A DNA stretch of 63,545 bases, filler included, from Octopus bimaculoides (taxonomy: Eukaryota): the NCBI RefSeq assembly GCF_001194135.2. It is 5 parts of 4 records of this genome, joined end to end, with 100 filler letters (N's around TTAATTAATTAA, not from the genome) between each part and the next. Parts side by side here need not be neighbours in the genome. Positions count along the whole stretch, not along the records: positions 7,871 to 30,774 come from NC_068998.1; 4 more parts are not named here. One strand, given 5' to 3'. Of this stretch, positions 12,098 through 25,030 are shown piece after piece. Under the pieces are notes generated by a model. That model was given only the letters and a program-made list of their open reading frames with translations, was not told where the DNA came from and did no database searches. Position 1 is the first letter of the stretch. The number at the start of each line of letters is the position of its first letter. The position numbers and the translations under genes are program-made.

Positions 12098-14185
12098 TGC
12101 CGCAACTGATACCAGCTCAACTCATTCCCAGAAAACTCATATCGGACAACTCATACCTGACCAATTGATATCTAGGACAACTGATGTATAGGACAACTCA
12201 TAACAGGTATATATATTGTTACTGTAAAAATATAATCCACTTAAAGATAGTTATTGATAAAGTAAATAGGCAAGTTTTTAGTTTATAGGCGTAACAGTGA
12301 TCATTTAACTTTTTAACTATTGGCTAGCATCGTTAGTTATTCTTCGTCGAGCAAACAACTGACAAACCGTCGTCATAGCTTTTCAACAAAATTGTTTTAT
12401 TTCTATATTTTGTACTTGTCAAGTCAGTTGGTTTTGGACTCGTCAACTTTCCAATTGTTTAAAAATTTTCTTTTGCCCTCACAGTGCCATATTATATAAA
12501 ATATCAGCGAGGAGCTAATGAACTTGTGAATGATAACAACTACGTATATAATTTTTAGAGATAGAATGCAGATGAATCAAGGAAAGAAAAATATTGCTAT
12601 GTGAAGTAAAGATGTGCAGAGCGCGCATTCAAATGATGGCCGAGGAGGACCCATTAGAAATAGTATATTCAATAGGGGAACACTTTCACAGCACCAATGT
12701 GAATAAAGTGAAACTGAGAATTGTCCTCGGTTCTATAAAAGTTTTGGCTTATAGGCGTAACAGTGATCATTTAACTCTTTAACTTGTCATCACAAGAGAC
12801 CGCGAGAATCGTGATTGCGACAGAATGTTCTTCTCTACAAAATAAGGCGTTCGCTGGATTGCTAGCAACAACAGAAGGGTAGCGACAAAAGAAGGGTAGC
12901 ACTCCCCCTATTCCATCAGAAAGATATGGTTTGATATCCCACTAGAGTACAGCAAATTTGAATCAAGGAAAATAAATTTCTTGCAATATGATACTGGCGT
13001 AGAAAATAAGGTAAGAATGCTAATTTTCGCCTCATCAACAGGGCTGGATGATCTTGTTAAAATTCCTGATTGGGCTGGTGATGGCACATTTCAAGTTTGT
13101 CTATCTATTTATTATTAGTTATTTACAATCAGCATTCAAAGGGATAATTTGAACGTATCTCTTGTTTTCACATTGCTATCCAACAAGCAGCAGGCAACAT
13201 ATCATCGGTTTTCTCAGCTAGTTACTCTTCGCCCTGATATTCAGCCTAAGATGTAAATGATGGACTTCGAAAAAGCCCTCATGAATAGCCTTATTTCAAG
13301 ATTTCCTGACAGAGAGGTAATTACTTGTTTCAGTTTTCTCAAAACCTCTACCGAAAACTTGTCGAGCTAGGTCATAAAGTCCAATATAATTCAGACGAAG
13401 TATTTCGTCTAATAAAGACGAAGTATTTCGTCTAATAAAGTGCTTTACAGCAGTTGCTTTTTACCAATGAATGATGTTATTCTTGCACACGAAGAACTCT
13501 CCAACGATGATAGTTAGCCACACGAATTTGCGTGGTATTCTGAAGTGACTTACATAGGACCCGATGGAGGAAGAGATGCTACAAGACGTCGTCTGGCTCC
13601 AATAATTCCAATTGAAGTATGGAATATTTCAGAGAGGACTTCAGCTGACATGACAAGTACTGATAGTGGTCTTGAATGTTTTCATAATGTCTTACAAAAT
13701 TCAATTTCATGCCAACATCTGAATATCTGGAGATGAATAATTACACTCAAGTTGGAGGCGATTTTGGCGCAGAAAAAGAAAATTCATTTGGAACGGGGAT
13801 TGCAAATAATTTTAAAACAAATTTACGAAGACTACAACAAGCAACAGATAAATTTACTTAAAAAGTATGATCCTTGCCAGATAATGTCTTCCTTAAAAGC
13901 TGTGGCGTATAATCTGCATTAAATTTCAGTTTTAGTAAATTCTTTTTATATTCACTGTTCCTAATGTTTTCAGTTTTCAATGTCCCCGCTAAAAAGTTCT
14001 TTTTTAATATTTGATATTTTATTCTTGCTTGATTTTTCTTTCAGAATTAAATTTTTATCACTTTATACCTGTTATGAGTTGTCCTATATATCGGTTGTCC
14101 AAGATATCAATTGTCCAGGTATGCGTTGTCCGATATGAGTTTTTCGGGAATGAGTTGTCCTGGTATCAGTTGCCCTGGCACGGCA
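12098..14185 (+). mobile_element. MULE/Mutator-like DNA transposon with decayed transposase
   Basis: TIRs of ~105 bp (12101-12208 versus 14064-14172) built of ggacaactcata-type subrepeats. Internal frames give DGTFQV, LVFTLLSNKQQATY, MDFEKALMNS, AVAFLP, YIG...IPIEVWN, LECFHN. Confidence 0.88.
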
Positions 14186-14268
14186 AACTTCTTGTCACAC
14201 AGCTACGGCGGCGCCTATCTGTCTATGTGTGTGTGAGAGTGTGTATTCGTGTGTGTGCCTGTTGTATG

Positions 14269-14314
<46 letters not shown>

Positions 14315-14519
14315 CGTATGCGTGTATGATGTATACCTATATGTGTATAGAAAGTTATCTATGATTATATCTATTGTTAAACATATGTATGCACAAGATG
14401 TATATCGTTTCATTTTAGGCAGAACGGGACAATGCAGTAACACAAGGAAGATTAATGAAACAATGGTAAAGTAGGTTCTTGCAATGTGATCCCGTAAGAG
14501 TCGACAGCTGCACCCTGAG

Positions 14520-14561
<42 letters not shown>

Positions 14562-15457
14562 CTACACACTCACACACACAAGCACACGCACGCACACACT
14601 AACACACACGCATACATATGCATGACTGTAATATACACTTAAGTTAATAAAGAAGTATTATAAAGCGGACATATCTTATCCATTAACTGACATAGATCGT
14701 TCAGCAGAAATGCTTGTGTCCGTAATGGAATGTGAATGGGGTCAGATGTATATTTCAAAATGTCCTTTCGATTATCAGTCTACATGTAAGCAAAGCACAT
14801 ACATTTCCAGGTCTACGATAAGTGATATAAGATAACTAAGCAAGATATTGATAACAATGAGTAAAGATGCATGATGCATATTCAAATATTTCACGCCATT
14901 TATATTTTTATCTTCAGTTAAACAATAAATTGAAAGTAATATATATTGGTTATTAAGTAAAACAGATTTCAGTTCAGAGTTTTATCACAATTCCAGTTTT
15001 TTTTCACAATGCAGAGACAGGATGCGGACTGTATTTTATGAAGTTATCTCAATCATGACAGGCCTATCGGTTTCAGTTTGGCAATACCTTTTCTGAAAAA
15101 GTGTATCCGCTTCCTCGGGTGTGATAGCTTTTGTTTCTTCTTAGATATATAGCTTAACAGCATTGATTAACTGCGTGCATTTATGATAGCAATATTTATG
15201 AGTGATAACCTTATGTGATACTCTTAAGTCAGTGAATTCATGATTGGTAAGCAGAATTTACATATTAATCATCTGTGAAAGAACATATTCATCAGTTATC
15301 TTATCAATATTCATCAGTTATCTTATCAATATAGATACACACACACAAACACACACACAGAGACACACACAGACACACACACACACATATATATATATAA
15401 ATATGGGAGTGTGTACGCTCATATATATATATATATATATATTTATTATTATTATAT

Positions 15458-15488
<31 letters not shown>

Positions 15489-16133
15489 TNNNNNNNNNNN
15501 NNNNNNNNNNNNNNNNNNNNNNNNNNNNNNNNNNNNNNNNNNNNNNNNNNNNNNNNNNNNNNNNNNNNNNNNNNNNNNNNNNNNNNNNNNNNNNNNNNNN
15601 NNNNNNNNNNNNNNNNNNNNNNNNNNNNNNNNNNNNNNNNNNNNNNNNNNNNNNNNNNNNNNNNNNNNNNNNNNNNNNNNNNNNNNNNNNNNNNNNNNNN
15701 NNNNNNNNNNNNNNNNNNNNNNNNNNNNNNNNNNNNNNNNNNNNNNNNNNNNNNNNNNNNNNNNNNNNNNNNNNNNNNNNNNNNNNNNNNNNNNNNNNNN
15801 NNNNNNNNNNNNNNNNNNNNNNNNNNNNNNNNNNNNNNNNNNNNNNNNNNNNNNNNNNNNNNNNNNNNNNNNNNNNNNNNNNNNNNNNNNNNNNNNNNNN
15901 NNNNNNNNNNNNNNNNNNNNNNNNNNNNNNNNNNNNNNNNNNNNNNNNNNNNNNNNNNNNNNNNNNNNNNNNNNNNNNNNNNNNNNNNNNNNNNNNNNNN
16001 NNNNNNNNNNNNNNNNNNNNNNNNNNNNNNNNNNNNNNNNNNNNNNNNNNNNNNNNNNNNNNNNNNNNNNNNNNNNNNNNNNNNNNNNNNNNNNNNNNNN
16101 NNNNNNNNNNNNNNNNNNNNNTATATATATATG

Positions 16134-16169
<36 letters not shown>

Positions 16170-16605
16170 GCACAGTTTGGGCTGCCTTGTGTCATCCACA
16201 GTCGGGGTATATTCCCGTTGGATCTATTTCGTGACCTCTGTAGCGTTAGTTGAGACAATAATAATAATAATTTCTTAAGCAACCAGATGATGGATTTGGT
16301 ATTACTCTTTATTCAACATGTGTTTCATTCATTTTGCAGTCTGAGTCATATCAGGAACATCCATATTTAAAGGTGTGTCTCGCTAAAGATCCTGAGTTTT
16401 GGCTGTCATGTTGTTATATGCCTTCCTGGTTTTGAGAACTCTCAGACACAACTTTATATATGGATGTACGTGTTGAGACCCACACTGCAAAATGGATGCA
16501 ACACAACTTGTTGAACGGAGTCCAATCCATCAGGGACAATAGCAGGATGGGTCGAAACGACCTTTGTACAGAATAGAGATTAATGTCAGATGCATCTCCT
16601 GGTTA

Positions 16606-16655
<50 letters not shown>

Positions 16656-18170
16656 CATAAATACGTGTACGTGCGCGCGCGCGCGTGTGGTGTGCATGTA
16701 GTAAATATATATGTGTATATGTTCGTGTATGTGTGTGTCTGTGTGTTTGTGTCTGTGTGCATGTGTGTGTTGTACACACATATTTTTATTTTTTGCTCGA
16801 TACTAAATGATAAGTAAGCCGATAATAATAGCCACTCTTATTCATATTTATACAAGAATCTAAGCTTGTATGAACAACAAAGCAATTTATATAGCTTTTC
16901 TATATGTATACACTCCCATGCATGTGTCTATGCGCGTGTGCGTGTGTGTGTGTGCGCGCGTGTCTGTTCGAGTGTGTGTGTGTGGGGGGGAGGAATATCT
17001 ACTAGAAGAAAAGAAACTTTAATATAGGTATAGACCCGTTTTATCTACATCGATATTAATATAGTTTGATATGATGTTTCCAACAATGAGTATTTGCATC
17101 TTCCTTCGGCATTTATGTAGATAAATTTACGTTCTCCCGCTTTGTCTTGTTTTTATTACATTTCAGATATCACAAATATTTCTCCATCAAATGTAAATAC
17201 CAATATCTTTTTTAAACATCTTACTCAATGCGAAATACAGTAATATATAAGGATTGCTTAGCTGCTGCCCTCTGAGAGATCGTGTAACAGAAACTCATCT
17301 CAGGCGAATAATTATAAGCTACAAAACATATTGAATACTTAACACTGAGAAAGATGAAGAGAAAATTTATAACTATAAAATTCGGGAGATTTACAAATAT
17401 GACACGAAATGCTTCAGGAATACTTTTTATGTTTTACTTATTTCACATATTGGACTGTTAGAAAAACAGGACTAAAAATTCTCTTAATTTAGTCCTGTTT
17501 TTCTAATTTTATTCCTCTCCCCTTTTTTCCTCTTCCTTCTTCCCCCCTTTCTTTCTGTTCAGGTTTTGGCCATTAATATTATGGTTTTGCTCATAAATAA
17601 TACTACCCCACATTAATGTATATCTTATTTTAACTAGATATGTTTATCTTGTTCTAATTATTATTGTTCCCTATAGTTTTAAGCTTAGTAATTTAGTGTT
17701 TCATTGTATTATTCTAATTATACTGTAGAATAGATATATTTCTTTAATACCTTGACCTTAATTCCCTTACCTTAAATTTTTTCCAAATTCTTACCACTCC
17801 TTAGGGTATTGTCCTTCCATTTCCATTTTCTCCCCTCATGCTTGATTTACCCCTAACCTGCTGTCCATCACTACTTATTCTATCTTCCTCTAAATTTTAA
17901 ATTACTACTATCCCTCCAATTAGATTTTAAATTCTTGTTTGATTCACTAGTCTGTTAAACAGCAGCATAGTCGAGATGGTATGTTTTCTTCTCTTACTCT
18001 TATTTTGGGCAAACATCTTCAAAATGACTTTCAAAAATGAAATTCCATTATGCAGCTGAGGAGTACATTTTCATTGTACATTCTATGTGGTGTTCTCACT
18101 ACATGAATAAATGGAGCTTGTACGAAACGTACGTACTGCTATAACCTATTGAATTTTTGTTGCTTATCTT

Positions 18171-18205
<35 letters not shown>

Positions 18206-18429
18206 AATAAAAAGTTTTGAATGGTACAACAATGCACTATAATACGAGAAATGGACTATATATCTGTTGTAATTTAGTTATCCATAGTCCGATGATATTN
18301 NNNNNNNNNNNNNNNNNNNNNNNNNNNNNNNNNNNNNNNNNNNNNNNNNNNNNNNNNNNNNNNNNNNNNNNNNNNNNTATATATATATATATAATAGCAC
18401 GGGCTTCTCTTTTACTCTATATAAAATAA

Positions 18430-19000
18430 TGAGTTGTTGCATCGGAAAAAATGTTAACTTCTACTATATTGACTCGATGGTACATCTTTGATTGCGTAGG
18501 CACAGTCGAACTAGCAATGAAATCCACCATATAATTTCAAGGACAACACAATTAATCTTCAACGGACGTGTCCATACTGCCAGAAATAAGCATCCTTTCA
18601 TCAATTCTCAATCCATAATTTAAATCAATCAAGAGATATGATTAAAGGAGGACGAGGCCGTTTCACTGATCATTTCCCTGAAATATTTCTCTGTAATAAC
18701 ATTACGACATAATATTGGAACTCATTAGCTTTCGTTCGCTGTAGAGAACAAATAATAGAAATTAATTTGGTTTCTGAAATGTCCACTAATAACTTGAAGG
18801 CAAATGGCATACTTGATATGGCATTACATCTGTATTTTTCAAATTTGCAAATAATAACAACGTCTTCCATCTAAGGGAGAAGAAAACAGAATTAATAGCT
18901 AAATATTTCTTTCCTTCCCATTGAAACGTTAAAGCCGTTTTTGAATTTATTGAACATAGCAATTCGTCTGTCTGCTTTCCACCCTCGAAGCCTGTATGAG
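18430..19000 (-). pseudogene. Highly degenerate non-LTR reverse transcriptase remnant
   Basis: One minus frame with scattered stops: GFEGGKQTDELL...EGKKY...YREIFQGN...SYLLIDLNYGLRIDERMLISGSMD...VNIVEVNIFSD. The motif order is compatible with RT subdomains. Confidence 0.45.
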
Positions 19001-19574
19001 AAACAGTACATTAAGCTCAGTTGGCGTCGGTAGTTTCATAGTTTTCTGTTACAATTAATTATGTGGACCTCAGTTTAACAACTTGCAAGTGAAATAATTA
19101 CCTATCCACGAAAGAGTCTTGTAAGAGAATATATAAACTTCATCTCCATTGTAACCCTTATTCAATATATGCATGGTTAGGTCACAATGGAAACGAGGCA
19201 CCATATAAATGTTTCCAGAGCCGCATTTACTATTATGCAAACAGTGAAGTATATTTCTTAAAAAATACAGTCAAAAAATTGTAACTTTTAGTTTCCGTAG
19301 TTAGATATAAGTAATTTATTTCCATTGTTTTCTGTCTACTATTTAGTCTTTGAAAAGATTTGGGAAGAACAACTGAAATCCTATTTAATTAATTCCTATT
19401 CAGCCCTAACTATACCATAATCTTTCTTTCAGACACATTATTGATCAATAGTAAGAATATCAGTTGACCTTAATCTGGCTATTGCTCTGATGTATTTCTT
19501 TTGGTTATATTTTTAAAACTGATAATCAGCCTCACTTCATTCTCTCTCTTTCGATATGTACATACATATATGCT

Positions 19575-19860
19575 CGCATAGGGCCTGGCTCTTCGCCGGT
19601 TACGCAGACGAGTGCTCCAGTTAATTCGATCAACCGATCAGTCTGCTAGGGAAATTAATGTGCAAATGGCTGAGCATTCCACAGACAAGCGTACCCTTAA
19701 CGTAGATCTCGGGGAGATTCAGCATGACACAGAATGTGGCAAGGCTGACCCCTCGAATTACAGATACATATAATTTTTGCCAGCTGAGTAAAGTGGAACA
19801 ACGAGATATAAAGCGCCATGCTCAAGGACACAACGCGCCTCTGAGAATCGAACTCATCAA
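19575..19860 (-). mobile_element. SINE related to family B
   Basis: Minus reads gagttcgattctc (B-box) ...gcgcgttgtgtccttgagcatggcgcttt...tactcagctggcaaaaatt...gggtacgcttgtctgtggaatgctcagccatttgcac. Confidence 0.65.
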
Positions 19861-20062
19861 AACCCTTAAGCTATGCACCTTTACATGTATGTACATACAT
19901 ATCTATACTTATATACGTGCATGTACATATACTTACATTTGTATACTGATATTTATACATTCAATCATATGTACCTATGTCGATATGTGTGTGTGTATGT
20001 GTGTGCGTGCGTGTGAATGGAATACAAAGAAAGCAGAACTGAGAACGTTTTACATATTAATA

Positions 20063-20141
<79 letters not shown>

Positions 20142-20939
20142 GTATATGCCACCTTAATCCTTTCTTCCTTCCTAGTCAGCACTGTTCATTCCTTACTCTT
20201 TCCCTCCCTTCTACTCCATCAACTAAGAATCAACGAGCGAACGTCTCACTGCCACTACAATTACCGTATGTTCCGGTGTATAAGCCGCTATTTGTTTTGT
20301 TTTAACTTAATGTTTTGATAATGTTATTTTTTATCTAATAAAGACTTATATTGACGAAATGTGTTTGTTGTTGATTATATTAAGATAAAATCATGACAAT
20401 AACAATACATCTCATAGTAGTAAAATAAGACAATTTGAAACTACATATGCGTCAACAACAAAAAAAGCTAGCTGCAGTCTCGTTGCTGTATACATCTTTT
20501 AAACACCGGTGCGCTTTATGTGTGGATAAAACAGCGATGTTGGGCAAACGAATAAATATATGTAAATAATATTTCTTCCTTCTTGGTGTTGATTCTTCGA
20601 TGGTATTGATTCTTCGAACAGAGTAGTGACATTTAGTAGAGATGACCCGAAAGATGTTCCTCATCGATTACTATCGTAAACAGCAATAGATTTCTTCAAC
20701 TGAATGCACGTCATTGATTGGTTAAAATTACCCAAATACGACAAATTTAACACGAAATAACTTCTAAAATACAAACTTTTGTCAAAAACGTTCAGATTAG
20801 ACCGTGTCCTACGTGAGAAATTCTACCAGTATTCGAAGTTTCAAACTGTTGAGCTAAAAAATAATCAATTACAAAATCTGTGATTGAGATGGAATAGATC
20901 CCGTTAATATTATGAATGAGTATGTGTATGTGCGTGCAT

Positions 20940-20982
<43 letters not shown>

Positions 20983-21342
20983 GGGAAAGAGTGAGAGAGA
21001 GAGAAAGAGAGAGGGAGAAGACGCATATTCAAGTGAAGACGGTGTTTATTATCACAATTATGTGTTTTCTACTGTAGAGCCGGGCAGCGCTTCATTTGAC
21101 TTTGTTCCAATCTATTCGTATATTCATCGCCTTGAAGGGGTGGGCGGGTCGCCACTGTGTATATATGCTTCTTCGCGATTACATAGTTCCCTAAAACGAT
21201 CAGTAAAATCACAGCGTATGTTGCTAAGCCATAACCGTTCGCAGGAAATGCCCGAATCCCTCTTTCCCTCATTCTCTCTTTTTTCTCACACTCTTTTCCT
21301 TTTCTCTCTCACATTCTGTCTCTCTTTCCATCTCTCTCTCTC

Positions 21343-21407
<65 letters not shown>

Positions 21408-22089
21408 NNNNNNNNNNNNNNNNNNNNNNNNNNNNNNNNNNNNNNNNNNNNNNNNNNNNNNNNNNNNNNNNNNNNNNNNNNNNNNNNNNNNNNNNNNNNN
21501 NNNNNNNNNNNNNNNNNNNNNNNNNNNNNNNNNNNNNNNNNNNNNNNNNNNNNNNNNNNNNNNNNNNNNNNNNNNNNNNNNNNNNNNNNNNNNNNNNNNN
21601 NNNNNNNNNNNNNNNNNNNNNNNNNNNNNNNNNNNNNNNNNNNNNNNNNNNNNNNNNNNNNNNNNNNNNNNNNNNNNNNNNNNNNNNNNNNNNNNNNNNN
21701 NNNNNNNNNNNNNNNNNNNNNNNNNNNNNNNNNNNNNNNNNNNNNNNNNNNNNNNNNNNNNNNNNNNNNNNNNNNNNNNNNNNNNNNNNNNNNNNNNNNN
21801 NNNNNNNNNNNNNNNNNNNNNNNNNNNNNNNNNNNNNNNNNNNNNNNNNNNNNNNNNNNNNNNNNNNNNNNNNNNNNNNNNNNNNNNNNNNNNNNNNNNN
21901 NNNNNNNNNNNNNNNNNNNNNNNNNNNNNNNNNNNNNNNNNNNNNNNNNNNNNNNNNNNNNNNNNNNNNNNNNNNNNNNNNNNNNNNNNNNNNNNNNNNN
22001 NNNNNNNNNNNNNNNNNNNNNNNNNNNNNNNNNNNNNNNNNNNNNNNNNNNNNNNNNNNNNNNNNNNNNNNNNNNNNNATATATATATT

Positions 22090-22745
22090 CCTACATCTTG
22101 TCTTGGCATCGCTTCGCTGATGATGAGCAGGAAGGCTGTTGCCCACAACGTCTGCACGCCCTATTGTGGCTGATATAAGGCTGATGTGGGATCGACATAT
22201 CTGATTGCAGCGATGACAGGGTATGGTTCTTCATGGTTTGATGATGTAGCTGCATTATCTTCTCGCCTCTGACGTTTGACCTCAAGAGTAGCACTGAGAG
22301 AGATCTCAAAGGAGGAAACCTCATTGATGATATGGCGCCAAGCGACGCGGTTAGCTGTCTTAGTGGACCATTCATGATAATGTCACAAATGCTAAGGGAG
22401 TGGTTCAGCCAATCTTTGTAATGCTTCCTTGGTGTCCCCCGCCCTACCTGTTGCAGTGGCCAGTGGTGAGTTCATCGAATATGATGATTTTGAGTAGACT
22501 GTGGTCTTTCATCCTGTCAAACTGGCTACCCAATGCAGTTGTGTTTCAAGTAAAATGGCTTCCAGGATGGTGACCTCTGTTCGCTTGAAGACCTCCGAGG
22601 TGGTGATGTAATCGCTCCAGTAAATTTTGAGGATGGTACAAAGGCAGCGTTGATGAAAACGTTCAAAGAGACTGTACGGGACCCAGGTCTCAGAGCCATA
22701 TAGGAGCCTCTTGAGAAAGACGTCTTTTTCAAGCTTACTTTTTCA
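22090..22745 (-). mobile_element. RTE-clade LINE 3' fragment
   Basis: Minus frames: LLYGSETWVPY..FERFHQRCLCTILKIYWSDYITTSEV..LLETQLHWV.., and a terminal ACRRCGQ zinc-finger-like remnant. Confidence 0.8.
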
Positions 22746-22795
22746 AGCCCGAAAAGCATACAGTAAATCATACGTTACATACACACATACATACA

Positions 22796-22829
<34 letters not shown>

Positions 22830-22867
22830 CATACATGCATGCACGCATACATACAGGCATACATACA

Positions 22868-22901
<34 letters not shown>

Positions 22902-22914
22902 CATACATACACAC

Positions 22915-24790
22915 ACATACAGAAAAAAACGGAGAAACTTAAGCGTATTGTGGCTGGACAAACAGAAGGCATTTGATAGTAAATCACTGGGGTGGATCAT
23001 CAAGGCCTTACTGTTAGCCAAAGTTCCACAACCACTAGTGGGTGCTGTGGAAACTTGACCAAAACTTTGTTACTTAGGAGTAGTAAGGCGCCAGTTAATT
23101 CGGATAACATTCACTTCCAAAAAGGCATCCAAAAAAAGGCATCCAAAAAGGTATCATTTCTAAAAAGGCATCTTTCAGGGTAATAGCCCGTCGGTGTTTG
23201 TCCTCTCATTAAATCCACTATCATACTTGCTCACAAAACATAGTCAAGAGAGAAGTAGATCCAGAAGTATCTTTCTTTTTTTTTTTTTTGTTAAGCTGAA
23301 ATTGTGTGGGCCAACTATCAATCATAGGAAAAGACAATTGAACATTATAACATTATATTCTACAGATAATGGGATGAAATAACCTTATATTCTACAGACA
23401 ATGGGATGAAATTTGATGAGCCTAAATGTGCATTTTCGACAATAAAACGTGGAAAAGTTGTGTCTTCTGAAAACATAAAAATGAATGGTTTCACAATACA
23501 ATCTCTACAGTCAGGTGACGAATATAGATATCTTGAACAAGATGAGAAAATGTCAGGTATGATGGAGACATAAATAAGGAGAGGGCTAGAAATGAATATG
23601 GACATCACAACTCCCAATTTACAACAAACATATTATCCACGACGCCTTCGCTGTGCCTGTTCTCACGCCTGCGTTTGGCCTTTTGAACTGGTTACTACAA
23701 GAACTCAGGAAGCTACTCCGCGTAACAGGAAATTTCAACATCAATGGACATGTACACAGGCTATACTTCCCATACAAACATAGTGGCTGTGGTCTCAAAT
23801 CTTTACTGATCTCATATGAAGCACGAATTTTGACGTTGAAGCATCTGCAGCAGAGGAAGGTAACTGTATTTCGCAAGTTTTGACCATGAAACCAAGAATA
23901 TAATTAGGATAGTTAATGAACTTGAGGAAGGAAATGAAGTAAGAACTGATCCATTGGTAAAGTCTGAAACAAAAAATTAAACAGTTCACTGAGAAGATAA
24001 TACGTGAGTACTTGGCACTTAAAATATAAATCATAAACCATAAAATAGATTGATCAGCTTAGCATGGAGTACTGACAGGTTTATAACATCCCACTTTGAA
24101 GGCTAGCTTCATGCAATCCAGGAACAACACATCCCCATCTATAACATAAAAGGCAGAAAATATTGACAGACAGCAAATGTAGGCTGGGCAAGATCAAGAC
24201 TGAAGACATAAATCACATTTTGCCAACTGTGAGAGAATGTCTTCCAGATATTATCTTCCCATGAAGGATGATGCAATGGCTAAAAAAGAGAATTCCTACA
24301 AACGAAATTGACCATATAGAGACCGATGGGTCGAAAGAATACTGGTAGAATTTCAAAATTAAAAGAGTCACCAAGTTAAAACACAAACGGTCAGATACCG
24401 TTGTGTGGAACCACAAAGAATAGGGTATGCTCGATTGTGAAAATCAGCTTGCCCCTGGACACGAATGTGGTTAGAAAAATACAAGAGAAAGCGAACTTCC
24501 ATGGACCATTGATAAGGCGTTTGCAAATCCAATTCTCAATATACAATTTCAGCTTCATACCCATTATTATTATGCAACAGCATACAAATCAACCCGTCTG
24601 AAGTAAAGTATCGCTGAACATGGAATCTCGGAGAGAGAATGAAAATCCTTAATTCATATGCTATAAACAATCACAATATTTGAGACTATAAAAATCTGCA
24701 TGAATTTCTTAAGATTTAAAGGATGACGGTTAAATCAAGGATCCTTTCTTTCACAAGCTTGTTACCAAGTTGGTGGCAGGTCAAAATTTA
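22915..24790 (+). mobile_element. R4/Dong-type retrotransposon fragment, lineage A
   Basis: RNLSVLWLDKQKAFDS..WIIKALL; FVLSLNPLSYLL; DNGMKFDEPKCA; EYRYL; HVHRLYFPYKHSGCGLKSL; DHIETDG, TVVW; ends TIKICMNFLRFK. Flanked on both sides by (CATA)n. Confidence 0.85.
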
Positions 24791-24934
24791 CTCTAAATCA
24801 AAAAAAGGAAGAGAAAGCATACATACATACATACATACATACATACAAACATACATACAAACATACATACATACATACACACATACATACACACATACGT
24901 ACATACATACTCACATACATACAAAAATACCCTG

Positions 24935-25030
24935 TTGTTGATGTTGAATTTCGAATGAAGGAGCATTGGATCTAGGTTAGAAACCGGTTCTTTCTCTATA
25001 GGCAAGAAATCTTGAAATATAACTGAACAA
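24935..25030 (+). mobile_element. Short probable retroelement 3'-UTR piece embedded in (CATA)n
   Basis: A unique ~95-nt block (ggatctaggttagaaaccggttctttctc..aactgaacaatgacata) between two CATA-rich arrays. Its ttagaaaccgg..c.ct motif resembles the 3' UTR of the lineage-A copy near 51400. Confidence 0.4.

Noticed and set aside
16340-16372. Possible 33-nt plus-strand exon (SESYQEHPYLK)
   Set aside because: Weak donor (gtgtgt), no recognisable protein, no supporting neighbouring exons.
18813-18991. Apparent 179-nt host exon with good splice signals, or a WD40/Helitron-like match nearby
   Set aside because: The same frame continues with stops through RT-like motifs in the right order, so a decayed LINE RT explains it better.
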